Shown here: positions 12,130-24,679 of the stretch, piece after piece
Layout: each line of letters opens with the position of its first letter
Position numbering within the stretch: the first letter of the stretch is position 1
Source: Camelus dromedarius
Lineage: Eukaryota
DNA length: 64,000 nucleotides
Direction of reading: 5' to 3'
Assembly (NCBI RefSeq): GCF_036321535.1
Contig: NC_087472.1
Coordinates: 82,336,001-82,400,000, forward strand
Position numbers and translations under genes: made by a program
Notes under the pieces: generated by a model
Database searches by the model: none
What the model was told of the DNA's origin: nothing
Seen by the model: the letters and a program-made list of their open reading frames with translations, nothing else

Positions 12130-12470
12130 CACCATCAATGAATATTTGTAAACATTCATCAATATGTGGGATATTATGCTGAGACAAAAGACCTGTATAT
12201 GCCCTCAAGTTGTTTGTAGTCAAATTGTACAGAGCAGGCAGGTGCTTATCCATGAAATAAATAATAATAACTGGTAGTGTAGGTCTAATGACCACAGAGA
12301 GGCACAGGTTCTTAGGGCCCTGAGAGATCAGTGGAAGAAACATTTGGGAGCTGGAACAGGCAGGCAGGCTTGTACAAAGTTGATGAAGGGCGTCAGCTTA
12401 AGTGTAGGAGAGAGACAGGTGGAAAAGTAAAGAGAACACAGTCCTAGCGGGGCCATAAAGAGAGCAAAAG
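12130..12470 (-). mobile_element. L2 3' fragment
   Basis: catcaatgaatatttgtaaacattcatc...gagacaaaagacctg...gccctcaag. Confidence 0.55.
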
Positions 12471-12899
12471 TACTGGGAAAAGTTGGTGGCTCTGAGACAT
12501 TTGTGAAGACATCAGGACAGTACCACAAGCACAGTCCTGATTTAGAAGAAAATAAAGCAGAATTAAAGTTGGGATTGTTTTCCTAATCAGTAGAGATTGA
12601 TTTGTATATGCAAGGATTAAAGTATGGATTGGCAGGCTTATTAAATACAGAGAATTCATTTAAGCCACATCAACAATACAGTATTCACATGTATCATCTG
12701 GGGAGATGGGGATGGAGGCTCTGCATTTTGAAGATCTCCCTAAGTGGTTCTGGATGGATTTGTTATACAGAGCCCTCCCATATGCTATGGTTTTTACCTT
12801 CCTAGCTGTGATCTCTTACCTTCCATTAAGTAACTCAGAGCCTTGAGCAGAAGCCAGAAGTTTCCCTCTTTGTAACCTGAGTATTTGGGGTGGCTGCGG

Positions 12900-13000
12900 G
12901 GACAACGATGCATGGACTCTAAAGTCAGACTGCCTGAGTTTGAATCCTGGATCTGCCACTTACTAGCTGTGTGATGTCTTGGACAAGTTTCTTTCTTTTT
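12900..13000 (+). mobile_element. MIR 5' part
   Basis: ggactctaaagtcagactgcctgagtttgaatcctggatctgccacttactagctgtgtg. Confidence 0.85.
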
Positions 13001-13574
13001 TTCCCATGGGTATGCTATTTTATTCACATTTAAATTTCACCATCAAACACTGAGCTCAAGTATATGCTGGCCCTACGTTCAGATTTTTGAAATAAAGATA
13101 AATGAACAGCTTTAAGGGTTCAGTGTATTAAACACTGCACAACATATTCAACAATTAGAAAAAAATAGGGTGGATGGTATAACTATTATATACCTTTATA
13201 CATTTAGTAGCACAAGTACAGGGACAAGCCCTGCAATTTGAGGAAAAACCCGTTCAGGATGGAGAGGTCCTTGGTTGCTAACAGAATCTCCCCTTGACTT
13301 GAGATGTGAGGCAAACCAAGGAGTCCGTCAGTATAGAAAACCCGCCGAATTCAGGACAAACAGTAACAACAGGATATTAAGGAATTGGCTGTTACCAATT
13401 GGGCTTATGGGGGCCCATCTGAAGCGAGCAGGGCTGGCTGGAGGCAGCAAATGTTGCAGCTCAAGTCCAGGACCTGTAGTTGAGAACAGCAGGTCTAGAG
13501 TCAGAATAGTTACTGCTTTCTTCAAAAATTCTTGGGTTTTCCAAACAAGCTGCTAAGGTGCTTTCTCCAAACAG

Positions 13575-13745
13575 GGGACAAGTTTCTTAACCTTCTCTGT
13601 TTGTCAGTTTTCTAATAGGTAAAATAAGGGTGGTAACAATACCTACCTAATAGACTTCTTGTAACTATTAAATGAATTAATACGTGTAAAGCACTTAGAA
13701 AATACCTGTCACATAGTAAGCACTCAGTAAATACTAGGTTTAATT
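13575..13745 (+). mobile_element. MIR 3' part
   Basis: caagtttcttaaccttctctg...aatacctacc...gtaaagcacttagaa...cacatagtaagcactcagtaaat. Confidence 0.85.
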
Positions 13746-13749
13746 ATTT

Positions 13750-16290
13750 AATACAACCAAATAAGATTGTTTTTAAACTATATATAAAAGAAATCATACA
13801 ATTTAAACGTATTCTGCTGTGTCTGCTTCTTAAGGATTTAGCTGAATTCCTTTGTGTACCTGTAGTTAATTTCTTTTGATTGCTGTGTAGTATTTTATTT
13901 TGTGAATATACCACTGTCGTATCCATTCCACTGCCAATGGACATTTGGGTTGTTGACACCTAGTGGCTATTGTGAACAACAGTGCTGCTGGAAACACTCA
14001 GGTACACGTCTGGTGCACATAAGCACATTTAAAGAGGCTGTCTTTGCCCAATATTCTGCAGGCTGCTTTTTGTCATAAATCAAGCATCTGTATATGTATG
14101 GATCTGTTTCTAGGTTTGCTGTTATGTTCTATGGTCCTGTTTGTCTGTCCTAGTGTCAATAGCATACAGCCTTAATTACTAAGCTTTATATTATAGAATT
14201 TTGTAATCAAGTAGAACAGATCTTCCCACCTCATTATTCTCCCCAGATATCTTGGGTCGTCTTGTCCTTTTGCAATTCCGTATGAATTTTAGATTCTGCT
14301 TGACAGTTTCTACAATACCTGTTGAAATTTTGATTGGAATTCCATTCAGTTTATGCTTCAATTTGGGAAAGATTAGCTATTGATAATATTGAGACTTCAA
14401 TCTTTGAACAGGGTAATTTTTCTCTCCATTTATTTTAGTTACTTAATTTCTCCTAATAAATATCATACTTTTCTCCCTAGAAGTTCTGTGCATGTTTTTA
14501 TTAAATTTCTTTCTACGTCCTTAAAAGATTCTTTAAAAATTTCATGTGGTTTATAATGATTTGGCTGAATTCTGACTAGTTTTAATTTTACCTTAGAATA
14601 GTTTGCATATACAGTTATACCATATGTAAATAATAACAGTTTATTTCTTCATTTTTCTTATACATTTCAATTCTTTAAAAATTTTTTTAAATTAAAAAAA
14701 TTATTTTTTTGTTGTTTATTTGGGGGGGTAATTAGGTTTACTTATTTATTTTTTGGAGGAGGTACTGGGGATTGAACCCAGGACCTCATGCATGCTAAGC
14801 ATATGTTCTACCACGTGAGCTATACCCTCCCCCCAACATTTCATTTCTTTATCTTGCCCTTACTACACTGGCTAGGACCTCCAGAACATTGTTGAATATA
14901 AGTTGTTTGAGTGGACATTTCTGTCTTGTTCTTGACCTATGAATTTCTTAAGGTTTAAATACATAGTTTAATTAAATGTTTTTGGCATTTATTGAGATGA
15001 TCATAATTTTTTCTTATTTGATCTAGCTCAATGTTCAGAATTCTAATTGAATTCCACATATTAAAACAGTTTTACATTGCTTTGGTAAACCCAGCTTGTC
15101 CTGATGTAATTTTTAAAATATTGCTGGATTTGGTTTGCTAATGTTTTATTTGGCTTGTTTGCATCTGTTCATTAGTGAGATTGTCCTTTAATTTTCTCAT
15201 GCTGTCCTTAACAGGTTTTAGTATCTAGGTTAAGCTAGCTTCATAAAATGAGTTAGAAACTGTTCCTGCTTTATATTCATTTTATATTTCCTCAAAATGT
15301 TTCAGTAGAACTTGTCAGAAATGTCATCTAGACTTAGAGTTCTTTATGCCAGTAAGTTTTAAATTATTGATTCAACTCCTTTAATCAGTAAAGAATTACT
15401 CAGGTTTTCTAATTCTTTTTGTGTTGTGATGAGTTTTATTTTTCTGGGAGTTTGTCCATTTCGTATACATTTTCAAATTTGTGGCATAAAGTTTCGATAT
15501 CATCTTTTTAATGTCTGCAGGATATGAAATGATACCTCCTTTTTCATTCTTAATATAGCTTCTGTATGTATCTTCTCTTTTTTTTTAATCAGTCTTGCCA
15601 AAGATTCATCATTTCACAGGGAATAACTTTTAGCTTTGTTAATCCCTCTAATATCTGTTTGTTTTCCATTTCATTAATTTCTGTCCTATTTCCTTCTAAC
15701 TTGTTTGAGTTTAATTTGATGATCTTTATATAACTTATGGAGATGGATGCTTATAAATTTTGAGCCTCTCTTCTTTTCTGATATATGCATTTATAGCAGT
15801 AAATTTCCCTCTAAGTACTACTTTACCTGCATTTTACAAGTTTTGATATGTTTTTGTATTTAGTTTAAGATATTTCCTTATTTTCTAATGATTTATTCTG
15901 AGATCTGTGTAATAAAAGTATATTGCTCATTTTTCAAATGTTGGGGATTTTTTAGTTCAGTTTTATAAATCTTTTTGAAGAACCTATTTTTTTGCTTTGT
16001 TTTTTGCTGTTTGGTTGTTTTTTCTTCCTTAATTTCTGCTCATTATTTCCTTCTACCTTCATTGTATTTAATTTGCTCTTCTCTTAAAAAATTTCTCCTG
16101 ATAGAATGTCACTGATGTCAGCTTCTCTTATTTTACATCAGTATTTGTAATGTTTCTGTTAAATTTACATAATTTAAAAGTTTTAAAACATAAGTTTATG
16201 GATACAAACTGCCTTGTAAATAACTATTTTAGCTACATTTTGAAGGGATGTTTTATTTTTTTTTTAATTTGGAACTGTTTTTAGTATAAC
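13750..16290 (-). mobile_element. Old L1 (ORF2 and 3' region), interrupted by the SINE at 14678-14835
   Basis: Long T-rich antisense L1 ORF2 motifs: tattttaaatattgctggatttggtttgctaatgttttatt, ggacctccagaacattgttgaata. Confidence 0.8.
14678..14835 (-). mobile_element. Camelid tRNA-Ala-derived SINE (vic-1-like) with target-site duplication
   Basis: Minus strand ggggagggtatagctcacgtggtagaac...gggttcaatccccagtacc plus an A-rich tail. 16 bp TSD acatttca(a/t)ttcttta at 14662-14677 and 14836-14851. Confidence 0.9.
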
Positions 16291-16316
16291 AAAAATGGTA
16301 CTACCTGTTCATTTTT

Positions 16317-16480
16317 TTAAATTTTATTTTATTGAGTTATAGTCAGTTTACAATGTTGTGTCAGTTTCCAGTGTAGAGCACAATTTTTCAGTTATACATG
16401 AACATATATATATTCATTGTCACATTCTTTTTCACCATGAGCTACCACAAGATCTTGTATATATTTCCCTGTGCTGTACA
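16317..16480 (-). mobile_element. Young 5'-truncated L1 3' end (camelid-type) with 15 bp TSD
   Basis: attgagttatagtcagtttacaatgttgtgtc... Perfect TSD tacctgttcattttt at 16302-16316 and 16481-16495. Confidence 0.85.
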
Positions 16481-16991
16481 TACCTGTTCATTTTTAAAAA
16501 GTAAAAAGAAAACAAAAAATCCCAACGCAGTGCTACCCACTCACTCTTTAACACCATTGTAATACCTAAAAATTTCTCAGTGCATCTGCATATACACAGA
16601 TATGCATATATATGTTTATACATCTTACTATATTGTGAACATCTTTCTATATCAATAAATATACTGACATAGCATCATTTTAATGACAGCATAATATTCC
16701 ACTATGTGGATTGACCACAATTTATTTAACTGTTCTTCTATTGATTGGCATTTAGGTTGTTTTCAACTTCTCCCTATTATAAATGGCTATATAAGCCCTT
16801 GTCATTAAAACTTGGCAAATATCCCTGATTATTTCCCTTGTGATGAAATTATTGGGTCAAAGGACATGTAACATTTTTAAGGCCTTTGTCAAGCATTATA
16901 AAATCCCCCACCATTGGAAAGGCTGTATTGATGTATTTGTTTTGTCAACAGTGAATTACCTGATGCAGGAAAAATTTCTTCAACCAGTGAG

Positions 16992-16993
<2 letters not shown>

Positions 16994-17036
<43 letters not shown>
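16994..17036. repeat. (GT)21 microsatellite
   Basis: Read directly from the sequence. Confidence 0.98.
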
Positions 17037-17037
<1 letters not shown>

Positions 17038-17469
17038 CAAGCTAGCTTCTCATACTGGAAGACTGGACCTATGCCCCAACTCCTCCTTTCAGCCATTTCT
17101 ATATTTGTGGGTCTAGTAATGGCAACACCCCAATCTTGAAATGTAATGCCTCAATCCTACACAAGTTTTATATGTACTGTTTTCATTATCATGATTAGAA
17201 ATACTTTTTAATATTCAGTGTGATTTCTCCTTGATTATTTAGCATGTGTTTCTCAATTTCCAAGCATTTGGAGATTTTCTAGTTATTTTGTTTATTTCTA
17301 ACACAGCTGTAACTGTGATCAGGAAACATACCCCAAATGCTTACAGTCCTTTAAATTTTGTTGGGTCTCAGAAATCCATTTGTACAATTTCTTGAGTTGT
17401 AAACTGAACTAGTATTTAGTGTGAGTGTGTGTGTAACATAATTTTTACTTGAGAAAATGACTAACAAAC

Positions 17470-18400
17470 CACGATCACTCAGACTTAAATATGCAATGGA
17501 CATTCAACCAAAAATGAATGAAGTGAGCCTGCTGCTTCCAGAGAAATAACTCACAGTTGATGAAATTCAAATTTTCAAGTGAAAATGAGAATTTTGGAAA
17601 ATTTGTATCTGCCACCGTGAGCTTAGCAGCTTCCCAGGACTTAAAGAATGTTTCTAATGTAATCAATGGTGGTATTAATGAATGTGATTTTTTGATATCC
17701 TGTAATTGAATGTGTCAATATTTGGAAACTGTATAACTCATCGGACCAGTGTTTTTCAGATGACTAATGCATGATGTTACAAAGTCATGCACAGGTAAAA
17801 GATCTATTCAAAGAACAAGGCAGAACAATGGATTAATGTAACAGAGTGCAAAAAAATTCATTGTTGTGATTTCAGATTCCACACTGCAATTTACCTTTAA
17901 GAAACTACCCATTCTTGAGTCTTGGTGTAGCATCAAAGAATATTCACAAGTATCTTCAAGGGCTACTGAAGTATACCTTCTTCTTCTAATTATATATCTG
18001 TGTGAGGCCTAATTTTCTTCATTAACTTCAACCAAATAACATTGTAACATGTTATATAATAATATAACAACATTGTAACATGAATGTAGAAGCAGATATA
18101 AGAATCTAGCTGTCTTCTATTAAACCATAAATGAAAGCAATTTGCAAAATATAAAGCAATGCCACTTTTCTCACTAAGTTTATTTTGCTTTAAAATACAT
18201 AATTATTTTTCATGAAAAAATTTATTTCTGTTAACATGTAATGGGTTATTGTTATTTTAAAATAAATGTTTTTTACATTTCTGGATTTTAATTTCTAGTA
18301 TAGCAAATATTGATATATAAAATCCACACGAACACAATTGGGGTTCTCAGTAATCTTTATGAGTAGAAAAGGGCCCTGACATCAAAAAGTTAGAGAACTT
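17470..18400 (+). mobile_element. hAT-Charlie (Charlie1-like) DNA transposon 3' fragment
   Basis: atttcagattccacactgcaatttacctttaagaaactaccc...tatctgtgtgaggc...gaagcagatataagaatctagctgtcttctattaa resembles the Charlie1 transposase C-terminus. Ends aaaagttagagaact. Confidence 0.85.
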
Positions 18401-18439
18401 ATTGGTCACCTTAGAAATTACAGTTTGCTCCTGACTTGT

Positions 18440-19900
18440 AAGTTATTGTTGTCAAGTATTTTTATTAAAATCAGTCAATCCCCTTCCTCCCCCCATATAC
18501 CTCTACCCCCCGATCAATAGTTACTATTTTATATGGTCTCTTTCTAAAGAGAGAGACTGGGAAAATAGTTGTTTTTATACAGTCATTGTTCATTTAGATT
18601 CACCTATATGTTTAACCACATTTTATATTTTTCATGCCTTGTTGAATCGCTGTTTTCATTTGACTTCATTTTTTCTTCTACCTGAGGAATATTTTTTTAT
18701 ATTTCCTTTAGGGATAGGTGTGCCAGTGGCAAATTGTCTTGGCTTATCTGAAAGAAATGTTATTTCCACCCTCTAAATGTTTTTTTAGTGAGAAGTTTAG
18801 GTTGGCAGTTTTTCTGATTTAAGATATCTTTCCACTGTATTCTGGCTTCCAAAGTTGCTACTGAAACGTCCACTGTCAGTCTAATAGTCCATTTTTTTCT
18901 TTCACACGTTTTTGAGAATTTATATTTTTCTTTTGTTTCCCACAGTTTTCACTGATATGTATCTAACTATAGATTTTTTTTCTTTATCTTGCTTGATGTA
19001 TATTGGGCTTCTCAAATCAGTGAATTGGTATCTTCAGTCATTTCTGTGTAATTATCAACCATTTATTTTCAGTATTGCTTCTGCTCCATTTTCTTTTTAC
19101 TTTTGAAACTTCAATAAAATATTTGCTGACTTTCTCACTATAATCCTTTAGATTTCTTACCTTCACTTTTATATTTTCCATGTTTTATGTCTCCATGCTT
19201 CAATCTGATTATCTCCTGGCTTACTAATTTTCTCTTTGACTAAATAATCTCAAATTCTTAATTTTGACTTTATAATTTTCCATTCTGAAATTTCTACTTG
19301 CTGCTTTTTCACATCTGTAGTGTCACTTCTGATAATTTCTGGTTTCTTACTGAAGTTTTTAAATTCAGCTTTCATTTCCATGATTAGTAAGCATTGGAGG
19401 TTTTCTATGCTACCAGTAAGACACACCAGAATGTATTCTATACCCCAGTTTTCAAAATACAACTCTTTATGACTCCAGGGTGCAGTATCAGCTGTTTTAT
19501 CAGGGCTGTAGCCTTTGACGGGCTCTTCTGGGGTGTGCCAGGAGAATAGCTCTGTCTCTTGTCTTGGATCACCCTGGTGCAAAAGCAGTTAGACCCTGTC
19601 AGTCTCCATTTGACTGCCCCCCTCTACTTCTCCAAAATTCCCCCAAACTGAAGTCCCCCTCCCCGCAGCAGCCTTCTTTCCATAGCATCACCTTCTCCCC
19701 AGGACAAGCCACTCTTGCTCACCTCTTTGAGCTCTAATCCTTTCTCTGTTCTCACTAGGTAGTTTTTCATTTATTGTCCTATTAATGCTTTAGTGCTTAG
19801 AAAAGAATTTTTTTAATTTCATCTAGTTTTGTTTTTGTCACCTTCAGAAGAAATGTTACTTAGAGAAATCCAGATTTGGTCTGTCTGTTACAGTGTTCCT
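18440..19900 (-). mobile_element. Old L1 ORF1 and ORF1-ORF2 junction fragment
   Basis: The 19250-19582 ORF ends in an ORF1p coiled-coil-like segment (KKQQVEISEWKIIKSKL). T-rich. Confidence 0.6.
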
Positions 19901-20178
19901 CGAGGAATAGTTTGCAGACAAATTCCAGTCTACCAGCCATTACCACTTTATGAGATAAGAACAAATTGAGAATAAACATCTAGAAAATATTAGAGCAATT
20001 TGACATTGCTGTGAAATCATAGTGCATGATTTTGTATTTTATAAAGTATTAGTTATTAATATACTTGAGGGGGAAAAACTAGTCCTTTACCGCAGTTAAT
20101 TTGAGAAGCACTTCTTCATACAATCGGGTGCTAGTCTCCTACAAGCCCCTTCTTTCTCTGCTTTTATAGAATACATCA

Positions 20179-20735
20179 TAGAGGAGGGAAAAAAACCTTT
20201 CCTCTACACTCTTACATTATGTGCATAAGGCCTGCAAATTAAACTGATAAATGACAGATTAACAGAAGAAAAAAATTTCATATGCACATGGCAGTGGGGG
20301 CAGGGGGTAGTGCTCACAGGAAAAAAAAAAAAAAAGCAAAAGCCACAGAGGCAGTTAGATCCAGAGGCTTATATACCATTTTAACAAAGAGAGATAAAAT
20401 GAAGACACTAGACAAAGGAAAGAGGGACAGTTTGGGCACCTGAGGTTGAGGGTAAATTGTTGAAAGATGACCAGGAAATGTATGGTAAATAGTTATTTAG
20501 TAAGGTTTGTTATGCAGATAAAAGTAGTTTTCTTCTTTCTGGTACAGGAGAGGGGAACACCTTTACAAAAGGAAATTTATGTCACCTTTATGAAGGAAAA
20601 TTTATGTCCTGTTTTTAGACAGAATGGAGAAGAGTGGAGAGTTCTTCCTGTGTCTGCTGTTTTTCAGTTGCCTTCAGCTGAAAATAATCCTATGCTGAAG
20701 TGGCATATTTGGGGTAATATATTCTAATCCCTTCA
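20179..20735 (-). mobile_element. ERV1-class solo LTR (MER34/MER39-like)
   Basis: Minus strand starts tgaagggattagaatatattaccccaaatatgccacttcagcata...tcagctgaaggcaactgaaaaacagcagacacaggaag. Confidence 0.75.
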
Positions 20736-21489
20736 ACATAGAGCCAGCCATAGCTTGAGCCTCTAGACCTGTGCTCTGTTTTGTTTGTAGCATTTGTTTT
20801 TGGATACGTTTTTAAAATTTTATAAGTAATGCATGTTTATTAGAAAAATTTTTTAATTCAGATGCAAGGGGGGACAGCTAAGATCATTCATAATCTCACC
20901 ACTTTCCACAATTCGAAGTAAACCTCCAGTAGTTTTTTTCTGCATATAGTATGGAAGCATTCCCCCATGCTCTTCCATAGCAGTGTTTTTTCTCCCTTTC
21001 ATTTCACTCCCTCAGAATGGAGCCAACTAGGAAAATTCAGAACATGCTTTTTGAAGCTTCTTGGCAGGTCCAGAAACACCCTAAGATTGGAAACCAAAGA
21101 GAAAAGCAATAAAAGAAGCCTTATAATTGTTTTTTGAAGCATTAGATTATCAAATAAAGTTTATCAAAGAACTGAGACATCAAGCTTTTCTTTGAGGTTA
21201 TTATATTGGGATTGTATTGTTATGAATATGTATAGTTTAAGTTTCTGTGATGAATAAAATTTGCATAAATAATAGTATTTTTAGTTTTTATTTCTGTATC
21301 ATAAAATTTAAAATTAATGGATTGCCTCTTTTACTTTAATGTCAATGTTACAAATAACTAAATAGCTTTAATAATAGAAAATTACTTGCACGGTAATAAC
21401 TTTCAGACTAATCCCTCAAAGAGCATGCCTGCATATTTTTAAAGTTGCACAGGTGATTTGGTACCCCTGGTTATGAACCATTGTATTTG

Positions 21490-22910
21490 AAAATGTGTCA
21501 TGGCCAAAAGATCCCATTTATAATAGCAACTAAACATATAAAATGCCTTGTGGGGGAAACTGAACAATCAATATTTGGAACCAGTATGAAGAAAGCCTTA
21601 AAACTATAACTTAGAAACAAAAGGAATTGGAGGGATGTATCATGTTCATCGATGAGAATATTAGGAAAATGTTCATTTCTACAAGTTAATCTATAAATGT
21701 AATGCTATCTCAGCCAAGATAGAAAAAGATTTTAGTGCTTGAGAAACTGATTTCAAAGTTCAACTGGGAGAAAAAATTAAGAAGAAAATGTTGATGAAGA
21801 ATAATAATGAAATGAGACTTATTTTGCCAAATATTTGAATACACTACTACAGATTTATAATGATATGGGACTAGATACAAGAACAGACAGTGAGAAAGAG
21901 TAGAAAGCTAACAGTGCACTTGTATGTGTGTATACACATGTAGAAATTGTCATTTCAAGTACTAGTATTTCGGATATGACCAGGAAAAATGGATCGATTC
22001 ATGCTGGTAATTGTAGCACAGGGCAGTAAGTGATTTCCAGTTACTGCTCACTGACAGTTTCACTCCTTAAGTATTGGCCTGTCACCACTTTACTATCTTC
22101 TCCCACCCCAAGACTTTTTTCCCCCTTCCAGGTGCCTCCAAAAAAGCCTTCCTCTAGCTCTACGGATTCTTATTGCTCTATGATACAATCAATTTACCGC
22201 TCTCCTTTGCCTCTTTTCTTATCTAAGTTGAATAGTGCTTATCCTTGCATTCTGCAATTAAAAGAGAAAAATGCCTAAAGAAAACTGTGATTCCCTCATT
22301 AGGAGGTGATTTTGGTCCTTATAGATAACCAACCAGCCTAAACTGCAGCCAGCTTTAAAAATGGTGCTTTTTTCTCCCCTCAAAATACAAAGCAGTGAAG
22401 ACTATTCAGCCTCTTTAGTAATTAAGAAAATGCAAATGAGAGCAATCATGAGTGACTTTTTCTTCCTCCTATCTGATTGGCAAAGATTAAAAAGAATAGT
22501 CATCCGAGTAGAGGCAAGGTAGAAGATAGAACATTTTCACATTCACTAGTGGCAGTATAAGTTGGTAAAATTTGTCTAATAATGTGTGTATCTAAAGTAT
22601 TATTGTATATACAAGATCTTATGGTAGCTCACGGTGAAAAAGAATGTGAAAATGAATATATGTATATTCATGTATGACTGAAAAATTGTGCTCTACACCG
22701 GAAATTGACACAACATTGTAAACTGACTATAACTCAGTCAAATAAAAAAATTTTTTTTTAATTTTTTGAAGTATTATTGTATATGCCCCTTGCTCTAGCA
22801 ATTCCGCTTGTAGGACTTGTACTATAGCAGATGATCAGGGTTGTTCACAAAGACGCGGTCATGTTCATCCAGGCTTTATTTGTAATGACAAGAAAATGGG
22901 TACTGCCATA
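21490..22910 (+). mobile_element. Old L1 ORF2 fragments, interrupted by the young L1 at 22611-22768
   Basis: cccatttataatagcaac..., aagttaatctataaatgtaatgc..., attaagaaaatgcaaat...cctatctgattggcaaagatt. Confidence 0.6.
22611..22768 (+). mobile_element. Young 5'-truncated L1 3' end (camelid-type) with 16 bp TSD
   Basis: About 92% identical by eye to the reverse complement of the 16317-16480 element. Perfect TSD aagtattattgtatat at 22595-22610 and 22769-22784. Confidence 0.85.
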
Positions 22911-23739
22911 CTTCAGAGTAGACTGAGCCATCATAAAAATTAATTTGGAGAATTCTATTTGACATTAGCTATGAAATGGAAACTAGGTAAAATTTGTAAG
23001 CTTTGTATAAATATAAAAGTATTTTCATTTATGTAAGACCACACCAAGATTTAAGTAATATAATCATTCATCAAATATTAACTGTGTGCTTAGTATTCTG
23101 GGTTTTAGGTGGGACTGTGTTGAAAGTATAAAATATATTTGTTCTTTAGGACTTTACACTGTTGTTGAACTGTTGATCTTGAATATGTACATTTGTTCCT
23201 TACACACCTGGTAGGTGTAACTGTAGATAATGGAAAGAGCATTGAATAGAGATAGGAATTTGAATTTTGTCCCTGTCACATACTTGTCTACTCGCTTAGA
23301 CAAATTAGTTGAGAATGAGAAGGATGCTGACCTCATGGGGTGATGTAAGAATGAAGGGAGATATAACGAGGAATGCTTCCCATGGTGCTTGCCAAATAGT
23401 AGTATTAGTTAGTAATGATTGTTCATTATTATTATTAACTAATGAGTTATTAATTATTAGTAATAGTAGTGAACAGTTAGTTCCTTTGCTTTCCCTTCTA
23501 GAAGTCTCTCTTTCCTCAGTGTAATGCCTGCAACAGATATTTTAGAGCCTGAGCTACTAAATAAATGAGATATTGGATTTGAAATCACTTTATAAGCCCT
23601 ACAGCATTTATGAAAATATTAGCTAATTATTCTTTAATGTATGTAATGATCTGGCAAAAGTTTCGTGTGTACACATAAATGTGTTTCTATGTAAGTGCTA
23701 GTTATTATTATATGGGCTCTATAGGGTTGTTAAAGAATT

Positions 23740-24060
23740 TAAGCAAAAGAAGGCCTTAATGTGGCTGGTAATCATTGAGGGGGCTTCCTAGGGAAGGTGG
23801 GATTGGAATGGAACCTTGAATTAAAGTAGGTTTTGAAGGTGAGAAGCAATAAATGCAGAAGCATGTGGCAAAAAAAAAGAATAGTATATTCAGGGAATAG
23901 TAATAAGACTAATATGCCTAGAGAGTGAAAAGTCATTGGACGGGGTAGGTGGGAGAAGCACAGTATGGCTGAGACAACAAGAGGCCTTACTGACCTGGTG
24001 AGAACTAGAGAACCATTTTATGTTTGGAGGCAAGGTAGTAACACTGTCACCAACACATCA
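23740..24060 (-). mobile_element. L2 fragment
   Basis: ggcttcctagggaaggtgggattggaatggaaccttgaa. Confidence 0.55.
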
Positions 24061-24520
24061 GCGTGTTAGAATATGTTTGTAGCGATTAACTTTGGTAATG
24101 GAAGTATAAACAAAAATAAATCATGGATTAGCTAATTTTTTTCCTTTCACAGTAAATATCTTGAACTCCCATTTAGTGGTGATAACTATAGCTAAATCTT
24201 TTAGAATCCTTGTTGTATTCTTAAAATATTACATGATGTGACTAGATATAGATAATTTCAGAATTTGATTCAAAAATATGCCCACAACCCCCAACATTTC
24301 TCTTTCCTGAGACTTTTTGTTATAACCTAAAGAAAATATACAGACAATTTTCTATACCTTCTGTTATTTGAAGCTACCATTTGCTTTTTCTTCCTGTTTA
24401 TTTTCCTATAGATTTTCAACGTTAAGATGGTTATAATGTCCTAATGATTTATGTCTATTTTTCATCAAAAGAAAGATTTAAATAATTTATTACAACCTTT
24501 AGCTGTAAGTCAACTAATAA

Positions 24521-24679
<159 letters not shown>

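Noticed and set aside
11900-12343. 147 aa minus-strand ORF
   Set aside because: Overlaps an L2 remnant and a pyrimidine tract, with no recognisable domain.
13954-13969. Reverse CTCF-like motif (CCACTAGGTGTCA)
   Set aside because: One core mismatch and inside an old L1, too weak to call from sequence alone.
19250-19582. 110 aa ORF (and the 6332-6553 ORF) as new genes
   Set aside because: Degenerate L1 ORF1p remnants.
22095-22140. Recursive splice site (ttttttcccccttccag|gtgcct)
   Set aside because: Good acceptor, but the reconstituted donor gtgcct is weak and I found no downstream donor.
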